A stretch of 64,000 nucleotides of DNA, from NCBI GenBank assembly GCA_040954595.2, contig CM082576.2, positions 544,648 through 608,647 on the forward strand, in the 5' to 3' direction. The notes beneath the pieces were generated by a model. That model was not told where the DNA came from and did no database searches. It worked only from the letters and a program-made list of their open reading frames with translations. Made by a program: the position numbers and the translations under genes. Every line of letters begins with the position of its first letter. Position 1 is the first letter of the stretch. The DNA is from Balanoglossus misakiensis (taxonomy: Eukaryota > Animalia > Hemichordata). This document shows, piece by piece, positions 1-11,900 of the stretch.

Positions 1-1862
1 GAAAATTGCACAGATTGGTATTCGTGGAATAGCCAATGCCATAGATCATGAAGGAAGGGTAATTTACACCACGGCAGTAGATCTTATTTATCTCTTTACT
101 TACAGGGTGAAGGTACAAAACAGACAAAGTGACCTCGAAAATTGAAAGTTATAAATAAGATGTGGAAGAGCAGACACTCGGCACAGCCACTTCCCTAATG
201 CATCAATAATTGCATAACCCCACCGGTGAAAAGGCGTTTGACATGTTTAATACTACCTTCCTCCCAGTGAAGCGCACATTGTGTTTGAAATAAATAGAGT
301 GATAACGGAGAAAAGCACGCAGGGCTTGTATGTATCATAGCGGGGGTCTTCGATCGATGATGGACGTCATCAATTCTGACTGAGCTGAAGAGAATACCGG
401 TAAAATGTTTTACATCATCACTCCGCCCGGAATCTTGGTGGTTGGCAAAGGCTGAGTCATGCTTGATTTCGCGAGATGGTGAAACTTTTTTTGCAATTAT
501 TTTTGGTGGTGCGCGGGTTTCCGTGTGTGTGTCAATTCAAACTGCTGAGACTAAACGACAACAAAAGGGTTGATGTCCCAGTCTTACACTAACATAATAA
601 ATCAAACACGGCGATATTTCTTGGCTGTTATATTGAGAAGAGGGTGGGTGATATGGGCTAGCAAGACACAGGTGCGCAGTGGTGTAGAATTGCAAATAAA
701 ACATTCTTTGATATTGCTAACACCGGGCTTCCGATGTAACCAGCATAATTAGGCAATCCTCGAAAAGAGTGACGATGCCTACAAATGTATGACCTTTGAG
801 AATTATCAACGCCATCCTTGCTGTCTAATATTGACGCCATTCTATATTCTTTGATCAAATCTTGCGCCCGGATAATGTTTGTTTTATCTGTATACTGCCT
901 ACAGTCATGATGCCCGCGACATGAAAAAGATCAAATGTGTTATTTTATCGACACACAATACATATGAGCAAATAATTTCTGACAAACTTGACTCGGTTAA
1001 TCAGTGTCAGCAGGTTGGACGAAATATGCATTTATGAAATATGAAATTATTTTGCACGAAGTGGATAACTACGTGCTCTGCTGGTTGAGGGCGCTATGTA
1101 TACGTCTGACACGTAAAATGGGATACGTATACTACGTTTCTGTCAGTAGAGGGCGGCATCACTGTGATGAACTGTCTCACACTGTGGCCTTTCGTATAGG
1201 CTATCGGCTTTAGATAGTTGAAACTAACACTCATTCAACGGCGATGCTACAAACTTGCCTGAACCAAAACAGTACTATGCTTTTATGATACAGACAATCG
1301 TTTTTATTGTGTACGCGAAAGTCACACGGACGGGAAATTTACTAAACGGATTTTGTTGAAACGGTAATAATCTTTCTATTTTCACGCTGAATAGCACAGC
1401 AAGTAAGGCGAAAAGATGCATATCAATCAAAAAGGTTAGACTGCGTTTCAATAAACTGAAAGACAGCGGTTTTATTAATTTTCATTTTTTCATAAAGTGT
1501 AATGGACATCTTCATAAACGTCACCTCAACTTTTGGCGGGAAGACTAAAGTAAATGTATTGGTTTGTCTTTCAATGGTGTATTTAGAGTATGTGATTGGC
1601 AGAGTGCATTTATACTCTGTCGATTTGCACTATTCAGCTCCACGGCTGTCTTTTATGGCGATCTTTTGATCATTTCTTTCTCAAAATAACAGCATACCAC
1701 TTTTTCGAGTTTTCTTCTGGTAGTGCTCAAAATAAAGGCATTTAAATACGGATTAAAAGCAAATTGAGGTCTCGGTCACATCATTGGTTAACAAACAGCT
1801 ATTCTAAATCTGTTATTTAGTATGTAAATAAAATGATTCAAACAATGCAGGGCTTGTTATAT

Positions 1863-2365
1863 TGTGACGGAAGCCCGGGCGTTCCGCCTATGGAAAACCG
1901 GTAGCGCAGACGGACCAGCTCGAGCCTCTCACAAACAGCGCTGTCTTCACACACGCGGCGGTAGGAACTCGCCGGAAAGCAAGCGTCTCGTCGAAGAAAT
2001 CTGCCCACACCGAGCAGCTGAGGTAAACACGTCTCAGATCTCGCGATCGGTGACCCGGGGCCGGCTATCCGGGAGGGATAAAACAGGACGAAACAGGAAA
2101 AGTCGCACAGGGCCGAAACTGGGGTTCCTTCCTCAACAGATCCACGCCAAAAACTCTACAGGCTAAAACGAGGCTAAACATGTGACCCAGAACGCACTTC
2201 TGATTGGTGTAGATACACCAAGGGCAAGATGGGGAAACCCTTCCATCCTAGTCAATCATACAAGACAGCCCAAAACGGTCACCATGGTAACACCACCACG
2301 ACAGTGAAGCCATAGAAAAACACCATGCCGAATAATAAATCACATGGAATAGCAATTCCATAACA
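1863..2365 (-). repeat. 3' LTR (503 bp)
   Basis: Starts TGTGACGGAAGCCC and ends CAATTCCATAACA. Matches 5030-5508 apart from a 37-bp indel (1906-1942), a 5-vs-19-bp replaced block, a 1-bp indel and a few substitutions. Confidence 0.95.
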
Positions 2366-2385
2366 ACTCCCCCAACCTCGGCTTC
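2366..2385 (-). other. Polypurine tract of the LTR element
   Basis: Minus strand reads GAAGCCGAGGTTGGGGGAGT directly abutting the 3' LTR. Confidence 0.75.
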
Positions 2386-2891
2386 GAAGTCCCTTGAGAA
2401 CAGGAATAACTTAAATATAGGAAAGAAGGAAGAAAAAGGGATAACCAGCCCAGAACCAATCCAATCAGGGAAAACTTGCAATATCTGCAAGGTCCCAACT
2501 GTCTGTCAACAACATAAACCGTCGTCGTAGTAACACAACTAAAAACCGTTGCCCTGTGCTAAATGCACACCTGTCATCGTCTTATGTCAAGTCCAAGCAG
2601 CTAAACAACTAACCTGCTAATCTGTCATAGGTCCTACCTACCTACAAACAAGTTGCATGTATACAACCCCTGCAACTAACACAGAAAACACTGTAACATC
2701 AGCAAAAGTCATAGCAAAAATCTGTCGAACAATCAGTAAATAGCATTTACTTTGTCAAACTTTAACCACTGAAAATCCTCATCTCAGAACAAGCACAAAA
2801 TCTTACTCTATAGTTGTAAAAATGGCTCAGAAAAACACTGAAAACTTCAGAAAAATCTGGTATCAAAAACCACTCAAAGCTCAAGAAAACT

Positions 2892-2993
2892 TTAAATTCT
2901 CATTTCAAATGCACTGAACAATGTAGCATTACAACCATAAAACTCAGGCGGCTTCCTCTGTCGCCTAGGATACTTGGACTGCCTTGTGGCGCA
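2892..2993 (-). pseudogene. Remnant of the pol/integrase C-terminal tail
   Basis: Manual translation gives CATRQSKYPRRQRKPPEFYGCNATLFSAFEMRI*. The YPxRxRxPPxxY pattern is typical of the basic C-terminal tail of Gypsy pol proteins. A related TRSGR motif occurs just upstream, near the end of the 3057-3467 ORF. Confidence 0.55.
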
Positions 2994-3056
2994 CTATTTT
3001 GCACAACAGCTGATTTGTCACACTGATTCATGTCAACAGGAGAGCTGACATTACAA

Positions 3057-3467
3057 TCAACTGCTCTCTCCAGTCTCTACAAACCTACGACCTGACCTCG
3101 TTTGACCTCTATGTCCTTTGTCCCGTAGACGAGACATCAGTATGTTATACTTCTGATCAGGAGACCAACCGTTCAGTTCAGAACAAATATCAAAATGAGT
3201 CTTAAACTCGCTGAAATCAGTACTACCATCATACGCCTCTGGCTTGACGAAATGAAATTTTGTTTGTGTAGTACCAGTTCCTGTATTACTGACAAACCCA
3301 TTCCCATGGGAACTATCCCTTCCCACACCGTCAGGAGAACCCCCAGCAACATTTCCCATCATTGATGATGTCACTGAATTGTCCTGACCCGGATATGACA
3401 GCACTTCAGGTGTTACCGCCGCCTGACGCGTGAGGGCGCTGTCCTGGCTTAGGTGTACTATGGACAC
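3057..3467 (-). pseudogene. Truncated gag (capsid N-terminal part) of the LTR element
   Basis: KPEAYDGSTDFSEFKTHFDICSELNGWSPDQKYNILMSRLRD fits the Gypsy gag pattern KPxxF/YDG...F...F...NxW...K...L...L. The similarity stops abruptly and runs into pol-tail-like sequence. Confidence 0.75.
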
Positions 3468-3744
3468 TACCTAAATTTGCCTCGCCCCCCTTCCCAAACG
3501 TTTGCATAAATGTTTGAAGTTGTTGTGCCATATCACAAACTGATCGTTCCATAGTATCTAGTCGTCTACCAACATCGCATTCAACCCCAGTATGACCTCC
3601 CTGTGCCCGATGAAATGAGCCGAGTTTTCAGGGCTTCATCAGAAATGACCGTAGAATTGACGTCTGTTCTCTCATACCCAGAATCAAACCTACTGTTGAA
3701 AACAACCTCCCTGTCCTGCGATAAATTCGTATCCCCTGTATAAG

Positions 3745-4627
3745 CACAGGGGCCTCTCCCTCCGCAATTTTGTTTGTTTGTTTGTTGTTGTTGTTGATGA
3801 TGATGATGATTTTGGCATAATAAGCAAATACATATTTCTTTATTAATAAATATATGGTTTGTTGACATGTAAGGGTTAGGGTATATTCGACAGGTTAGGG
3901 TATAATCAACGGTTAGGGTTTGTGTTGGCATTTTTTTCGATCCACGGCCCCGGACATATCACTAAGCCACAAAGAGAGACAAGGGTGGAAACTAGCCCAG
4001 TACGGCAAAACCTGAATGTCTCGTTTCGGAAGGCTAAAAAGGTTAGTGAGATTCAAATTGGACCAATCAAATAGCTTGTTAGTCCTGCAAGGATTCAAAT
4101 TGGACCAATCAAATAGCTTGTTAGTCCTGCAAGGGGACGTTAATCGATTTCAGCCTGGTCTTTCAGCCTTCCGAAACGAGACATTTAAGTTTAGCCTTAA
4201 CAACTGTACGGATGTCAACGGAGAACGATGTGAAATATCGCCGATTTATACCTTTTTATTGAATTACAGGATAGATATAGTAAGTATAGAGTATGTTGTC
4301 ACTGCAAACGTAATATTTCAAGTGTCAGACATTTATTTGTTGTGTTATTCTGGACTTAAAAATACGGTGTTGGGACCCGGAAATGAGCTAGTTTCCACCC
4401 TTGTCTCTCTTTGTGGCTTAGTGATATGTCCGGGGCCGTGGATCGAAAAAAATTCCAACACAAATCCTAACCGTTGATAATACCCTAACCTGTCGAATAT
4501 ACCCTAACCTTTACATGTCAACAAACCATATTTATTAATAAAGAAATATGTATTTGTTTATTATGCCAAAAATCATCATCAACAACAAACAAACAAAATC
4601 GCGGAGGGAGAGGCCCCTGGGCCTGTG
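3745..4627. mobile_element. Foldback/MITE-type non-autonomous DNA transposon (883 bp), possibly P-superfamily
   Basis: Long terminal inverted repeats 3745-3996 and 4387-4627 with CACAGG...CCTGTG termini. 7-bp direct repeat GTATAAG at 3738-3744 and 4628-4634. No transposase ORF. The superfamily assignment is inference. Confidence 0.88.
4050..4133. repeat. Perfect 42-bp tandem duplication (2 copies) inside the foldback spacer
   Basis: GATTCAAATTGGACCAATCAAATAGCTTGTTAGTCCTGCAAG at 4050-4091 and 4092-4133. Confidence 0.95.
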
Positions 4628-5009
4628 GTATAAGTAACCATGATGCAATTTCCGGACACAATGCTTTCTATATAAAAACAACAACAATCTAAAATCGGAC
4701 CGTCGACACAGAGATCTGATCGGACGATGAATGCCTATAATGAACACTGTATAACTCTAAAATCACAGCAAAAGAAGGCGATACAAAAGCCTGCGGTAAC
4801 CGTGTCGCACTGACCTGCGTTAACAGATCCCGTAAGGAGTACGGTGCCCAGAGTGCTAAACACGCCACAAACTCCTGTGACCTCTCTTTTGCACACAGCA
4901 ATACAACCGTTCTCAACGAACAACATTCATCGACCAAACCTGACCGCTGCGTCGATCCAGACCTTGGCGAATATTCGAAAGGGGTTTCTGAACCAAAGTC
5001 GCCCTAACA

Positions 5010-5027
5010 ATCCCGCAGATGCCACCA
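5010..5027 (-). other. Primer-binding site (tRNA-Leu-like, imperfect)
   Basis: Minus strand TGGTGGCATCTGCGGGAT begins 2 nt after the 5' LTR. The TGG start is complementary to tRNA CCA. It resembles the Leu-type PBS TGGTGGCAGCGGTGGGAT with three mismatches. Confidence 0.75.
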
Positions 5028-5029
5028 AT

Positions 5030-5508
5030 TGTGACGGAAGCCCGGGCGTTCCGCCTATGGAAAACCGGTAGCGTCTTCACACACGCGGCGGTAGGAACTC
5101 GCCGGAAAGCAAGCGTCTCGTCGAAGAAATCTGCCCACACCGAGCAGCTGAGGTAAACACGTCTCAGATCTCGCGATCGGTGACCCGGGGCCGGCTATCC
5201 GGGAGGGATAAAACAGGACGAAACAGGAAAAGTCGCACAGGGTCGAAACTGGGGTTCCTTCCTCAACAGATCCACGCCAAAAACTGCAAGACAACATGGT
5301 TGCAGGCTAAAACGAGGCTAAACATGTGACCCAGAACGCACTTCTGGTTGGTGTAGATACACCAAGGGCAAGATGGGGAAACCCTTCCATCCTTGTCAAT
5401 GTACAAGACAGCCCAAAACGGTCACCATGGTAACACCACCACGACAGTGAAGCCATAGAAAAACACCATGCCGAATAATAAATCACATGGAATAGCAATT
5501 CCATAACA
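5030..5508 (-). repeat. 5' LTR (479 bp)
   Basis: Direct repeat of 1863-2365, TG...CA termini, followed by TSD ATAT. Confidence 0.95.
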
Positions 5509-8500
5509 ATATTCATTTGAATTTTCACCCAAAAGGCTTTTGAAAACTTAAAGAATGGTCATTTGTATAACACAGTTCCGACAACAGCTCTACCCGGACC
5601 TATGCGGTCAACGTCTTCGAAAATAACTTGATTTTGATGATCAGCCAACTGACGGGCGAAGTCGTCGTTAATTCATTAGTGCCTGTCTGAACTCTGAGTC
5701 TGAAAATTTTGGACGTTTGCGGGCGCTCTATTCGATCCTGACTATGACTGAAGAAGCCCGATGAATCTTGCCGACTATCACTAAAAACGCAGAGAATGTG
5801 TAAAAATTGTTGACAATGAGGGCGATATCGATAATGTCAGTACGACCGATCGTTCACTTGATATTTCGAGTTAACTGACAGAGAAACTATTCCTGTAGCG
5901 GGGGCGCTCTTCTCAGCTTCGACAAAGCCCGACAATGATTCAGTACCGTTGAAAATATTATTCAAGGAAACCTTCAACTCTTGAAAGGAAAGTGCACCAT
6001 CAAAATGTCAGATAACTTATTACGGGTCCCGGTTATGTTTAAGACGCATGGATACTTTAAGGCTCACTTGTTAAGAGTCTACTTATTTTGATGGATTATT
6101 CTCCAGTTGACACGAAACATGGTGTACTTGAACTTCTCACGAATTCACGGTCATCAAACGTGTCAAACAAAAATGTAACACTTTAAATCGTTCCTGTGCT
6201 AACTATTAAACGCCTCAACGAGGAAATAAATAAAGGGGGTATATGGTGTTTCTACTTCATGAATATGCCTTACAAGTCCACTCCGTTAATAGCTTTAGGT
6301 TTAATTCAGATATGACAGATAAAGTGCACAAGATAACCTCTGACCCCAAAACCAACCACCTGTCGATATGGGCGACTAACGGTAATGACGTCACTTCATT
6401 GAGTCTTCTATGGGATTAAAGCAATTTACAGAAACCAATGGCCTGTAGTCAACAAGCAAATAAACGACGAGTTTCTGAGGAATTGTGTCTTTCCACTGAG
6501 AACAGTTCATCGGTCACCGCGCATGTGCGAACTCGCGAGAGAAGAAACCGTCTTCTTTCTGCCTTTGGGTTAATATGAATCATTGCCCGGGCTTTACTTT
6601 TGCAGACTTTTGAAAGGAACAATTCTAATCATAAGGCTCAGCTACAGCGAAATAATGACCCAGCATTTTGTTTTACTGACCTCGTCGTTTGGCGCCAATA
6701 TGTTGATAATGTTCGATCATTTATGTGTGCACCTGCTAACCATCTGCGTGTAGTCGCCATGTTTGGTCCCATTTAGTGTGTGTCAATATGGTTGTCATAG
6801 CGATAACTGTGGCGGAAAAACGATTAATTCGTCCATCAAACAGATGCGGCCTACATTTTAGGGTTTCAAATATATGTGGTAAATAGTTAACGGACGTCGA
6901 CAGTTATCTGCGCCGTCACCACCGCCAATGAGTTCCGGAACTCTATCTTGCAGTTGTCTTCGCACAACAGTCAGCACGCGTGCGCGGGTTACTTAGTCCA
7001 TTACACACAAACACGTGCACCAGACAGGAGTGCGTCGTCTGATATCACGAACTCGAAAATAGTGTAAGGGGTCACGCGAACATCACAAGACAACCAGAAA
7101 CGAAAATTACCACTAAAATATGCCTGCCTAGTGCAGTAGGCGTTTGAGGTTGGACTTGCTTGGCAGAAACTCAATCCAGTAAATCGATGGCTTTAAATAT
7201 CCATCGTGTTAGCAATGATTTGGTCTATATTCGTCTCAAAAAAGCGTCATGGATACATTTTCTGGTTTAATTGCATTTCACTGATTTCTTTTGCTCGAAA
7301 GAAGCTTTCTATCTTAACATTGGTGGCGCTCTTGCACTAGAAATTGACAACTGGTCAAGTTTGGACTGTAGGCTTGTATGTGATAGCGTCTGCATATTTT
7401 CCTTAGCTATCCACATCCTATACGGATTATTTTTAATTCAATACAAAGAAATATCCATAAAAACAAAGGTTATGTAGTTAATCACGATCATTTTATCCTT
7501 CTATTAGAAATGTGGCACTTGGTAACGCTAACCTCTTTTGTCTATAAATCACAGAACTAGGTTAGTTCATGGTTAATAAAACACGATTTTCTCTCTCCGC
7601 GTGTCACCTGATATTTAATCAGAGAATCGGCATGTGGTGTTGGTGAAATGTTTGTCATGTGTGATTTTTGTTGGTCTCATTTGATGATTAATCGGCCTAA
7701 AGTCGAGATTTGTAGGGTCTGTGAGAATCATTGAACTGCTATTTTACCCTGACACGCGGAGACTTTGGTCAGTAATTTTCATATATTACTGCCTGGCTTG
7801 CGTCCAAATATAATGTCACAGCGGTGTTCGAAATTGTAAAAAAAATTGTTACGTGCTGATTTTTATTGGTTTAAGGAATGAATCTAAGGTAACCGACGAC
7901 AACATATTTCTCATAAAAGCAGAAGATTTTAAGCGTCTCTTGGAAACGGACAGGGCAGCAAAAACCGCCATCTTTGGGCGTTCATTTGATAATATCTTTC
8001 AGTCTAACTCGGAGAAACCAGTCTTGATTTACGTTTTACGTTCTATGCTCACCAACAATCTCGGAATTCTTGACCGTCACTACACAGTTGTAACCTGAAA
8101 TGTAACAGTCTGTAAAATGAAAATGATAACACCTTACTGAACTTAAAAGTCCTTGTTTTTTTAAATTGAGTAATCTCTCCAGGGAGGATACCATGGAAAC
8201 AGAGACACTATGTCCTGATGAACGGCACACCACAACCACGACTGTGGTCAGTGAGTAGGCAAATGAAACTTCTCTCACCAAACTAAATCCATCAAAATAA
8301 CACCAAAAAGAGGGCACGTCCATTCCATTAATCATTCACGTTGAAAGCATCTGTGGAGGTGCAACGTTTGGCGAAAACAGAACCTCATTCCACTGAGTGT
8401 CGGTTGATGTTTCGGTGAACCGACGAAATATCAGTTATGCAAACAGTGCTGATGGCACGATCGTGCCTGATCAATGAATAAAAGATATTAGCGTGTCTGA

Positions 8501-8717
8501 TGCCGTGTGTACCAACTCTCCTCTTCTCAGTGGGATAAAGGTATTTATTCTTGTAATGTAAACTATGTAAACTATTTTCCGGCTTAACCTGTTTCCAGAT
8601 CCATGCTATGTTTACAATTAATGGGTAAGAGATCAAAGAGCAGGCTTGAGGCCTGTTGATGATAATTATGAAAAGACTACGATAGTTGTTAGCACGGTTG
8701 TAGTGGAATTGGATGAT

Positions 8718-8900
8718 CATCATCGTCGTCTTCGCCGCTGGCACCACCGCCATCATCATCATCATCATCATCAACATCACCACCTCCACCATCACCACCA
8801 ACATCATCATCATCAGCAGCACCTCCACCACCACAACCACCACCATCACCACCAACATCATCACCACCACAACCACCACCACCACCATAACCATCACCAT
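8718..8900. repeat. Compound (CAT/CAC/CAA)n trinucleotide microsatellite
   Basis: About 60 degenerate CAN triplets. They generate the overlapping poly-His, poly-Thr/Ile and poly-Val/Met ORFs in the track. Confidence 0.9.
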
Positions 8901-11900
8901 AAAATAGAATGATGTTGCTAAAATTAAACTGTGATTCCTTTTGGCGGATTTAATATTGATATCGGCAGGACGACACATTACTAAAATGCAAACCAAAATG
9001 TAACCAGCCACTGGTTAAAAAATTTAGGAGAGAAATATTCTTAATGTGATTCAATGCGTTTGTAGAATAATAGTAATAAATTGTTATACCGCCCCCAGGA
9101 GCGAGGAGCTGACCTAAGCATAAACAAAAGATAAAAACGTTAGTCGGTGGGTGCGCTCTTCTAATAACAAGACTGGTTTCGACACTGCGGTAGAATTCAG
9201 TGTTGACATACGACATTTCTGTAAAGGCTATCTATTTTGCTTGTTTTACAAGTTTGTCAACTTGGAGAAGCGTCGTTGCTGTCAAGACCCCTAAGTCACA
9301 TGTTCTGCTTCAAATGTGCCACTAAATACCCTTTTTAATTTTCCAATTGCGCCCCTGGGGAGTTCGCGGCAACTTCAATAATTCATTGGCGCCTAATTTG
9401 CTCAGGTGCGAGAGTGAGAAATAGTGCCGGCGGCCATATTCTTTTGGCTACTAGTGATGAAATCACAAATTCCCACAACTCTTTGCATTACGTACAACTG
9501 GCTTGCTATTTATGTGTATGCCGCGCACAGTCACCGATTCGCCTTTACCCCTTTCCCTAAACCAGGCACCATAGCTGCTTCAGCTCCTTCCACGACTAAA
9601 TGTCAGTAACCTAGCTCCCCCTTTTTCGCCTTTAATTTAATTTCCCTGCAAGGCCCGATCATTTGCAAATAGCATGGTAAGAAACCTGCATTTTTGTGGT
9701 TTAGCGCAGAGAATAAGTTCCTTTTTCCACGTATGTACGCGGAATGAAACCCTGGCAGACTTAAAAGCCAACTGACTTTAATTCAGTGGGGGTTCGATTT
9801 CATTGTATCACAAAATTGTCCAGCCTCATTGTGCTTTCGCGCTTAAAGCATCTATTTCTTCGAAGTCAAATCTTTCGTTTCACCACATCCTATCTAATGC
9901 ACTGTAAAACACACCGGTGATAATTTCATCAGCCTGAGGATTACAGTTTCTGCAAAATCTCCAGGAAAAAAATTGCCGTAAAAGTTGTCATTTCACCATT
10001 AGTATTGGTCAGATACATGGGTCTTGATAATATGACATTTATTTCACGTGTATTGAATGACACTAAATTCTGTCATAATATCACCATTTCTAATCTCAAA
10101 CATTTAACCCTATCAGGCTTCTAAAATATAGAAGAAAATATAAGTTACCATACTCAAATGCCTTGCCCAACTTCTGACAACGGATATAAACGCGCGCGGA
10201 AGATGAAATGCTAATCACCGTCACAGGACACTGTGGCGTCTGTACTCCGTCAATTTTACGTCGCTATCGTCTCTGTTCTGAATCGGCGATCGGCATTTGT
10301 ATTCTGTTTCTACCACGCGTCGTTTACGTAATAAGATTTGAAGTTCAGAAAAAAATGAAACTGATGGATTGTATCGGTACATTTTAAAATCGGAAAGGTT
10401 TAAAATTTCTTATTCATGTGCGCACACAAATCATTAACAACACTTTTCTCCAACTTTCACTCGCGGTTATACACATGTTTAATAAACTGCAGGAAAAATG
10501 AACCACTACCGAACCATACTCTGGATATAACGTTGTGGATGTTATACTTTCACAAAGACAATATGGTGGCAAAGGTTTGAACATCAGGACAGGGATAAAT
10601 ATGGGAGCATATTTCCTTGTTTAAATTTATGCCATGGACATCAGAACTGTCGGTGTTTGTGCGCACCTCCAGCTGTGCTAGTTTGACGAAGATTGCCGAA
10701 TGTATTCGTCGGAGGTTGGACTTTGTAGATGACATATCGACTTTTAAAGCCTGGGTATATTTTTGTACTGTAGCGTGAAAATGATTAGACTCGGTGGTTG
10801 CGAGTATTCATCGTAAAAACAAGTACAGAGATCGCCGTGGCATGCTTCAGTCGCTCCAGTTGTTGGGCATTTTTTTTACGAATCTACAATAAATCGGCAA
10901 ACTTCACAAGCTGGTTTTCATTAGACCATCGTGATAATCGCTATAATACGGTAATGTGCCCATATCGATACCCGTGCTGCGTATTAAATCAATATCTCCA
11001 GTTTTGAAGAAATTTGGTCATCAGAACGTAGTTTATGCTTGGCGCGCTAACCGATTAAACCAGTCGCGCGTTGTACGCATAACGCATACACAAGTTACAT
11101 ATATCCGTCAACTTCGAATATACTCTACGAAAGCATAAATGATTTTACCTGCATATGATTATAAAAAATGCTGTTGTTATAATTTCTCACTGTGTGTACG
11201 TTTCTCGGTGAAATGGAGTCTTCGGCTGCACGAAACGATTCATTATTAAGGACGTGTTATTTCGCGCCCGGTGTATGTTTGCTGCGCCGGCGTGGTTCAC
11301 ACTGCAACTTTTTCGAATCCATTATATCCACATATATCATTCCCAGTATTTAATCACCTTTCAAATTCGCACCAGAATTCTCCTGTCGATCGATTTCGTA
11401 GTGCAATCCATCAAAAATCCTCTGCCTCTACTCGGTTGTAACAAAATCGACGTGAATGACAACACTTCAGTTGTGTTTCACGAGCGCCTTTTTTACCACA
11501 TCAAAATAATGCAGAACTTCGAGAAAATACGTGTCGTCATTCTATAGAAAAACCAGTAACGCGTAGTTTTTCATAAATTACTCCTAATAAGTGTACACTC
11601 ATGCTAAATTTCGTAGCTTTTGAGGTGTATAGCATTAATTTCAAATCGCATTGCTCATCCACCGAATCTTCAGTTTGGAATGACAAAACAGAGCGTTTAA
11701 TTAAGTACTGTCCAACTTTGGCAGAGACGACGAGAGATGCCTTAATTAAGACTTGTGGATGGCTGAAGAGTATTTCGTTGTTAGTTTGGAGTGTTTTCTG
11801 TTCCTGTAATTGCCTATTTGAGAGATGCCGCAAGTGGCCTGCTTTTTGATACGGCTACCGTGAATACCTTTTCGTGAAAGGTCGCCTCGGAGCCTCGTTG

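Larger units (their letters stand above)
3581..4641 (-). pseudogene. Probable gag N-terminus interrupted by a foldback insertion
   Basis: Removing 3745-4627 plus one TSD copy joins an ATG at 4641-4639 (context atcATGG) in frame: MVTYTGDTNLSQDREVVFNSRFDSGYERT...SYWG*. It is out of frame with 3057-3467. Confidence 0.6.
1863..5508 (-). mobile_element. Non-autonomous (internally deleted) Gypsy/Ty3-type LTR retrotransposon, 3646 bp
   Basis: Two near-identical direct repeats with TG...CA ends (1863-2365, 5030-5508). 4-bp target-site duplication ATAT at 1859-1862 and 5509-5512. On the minus strand a PBS follows the 5030-5508 LTR and a purine-rich tract precedes the 1863-2365 LTR. Gag-like and pol-tail remnants lie inside, with no RT/RNaseH/integrase core visible. 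Confidence 0.93.

Noticed and set aside
356-390. C/D-box snoRNA-like words (ATGATGG...CTGA)
   Set aside because: Imperfect box C, spacing too short, no terminal stem or host intron.
4016-4477. 153-aa ORF with a repeated FKLDQSNSLLVLQG
   Set aside because: It lies in the foldback spacer and arm. The repeat is the 42-bp DNA duplication and there are no transposase motifs.
8385-9011. 208-aa Val/Met-rich ORF and the overlapping His-rich (8646-8912) and Thr/Ile-rich ORFs
   Set aside because: All are by-products of the stop-free CAN microsatellite. The flanks show no protein-like character or splice support.
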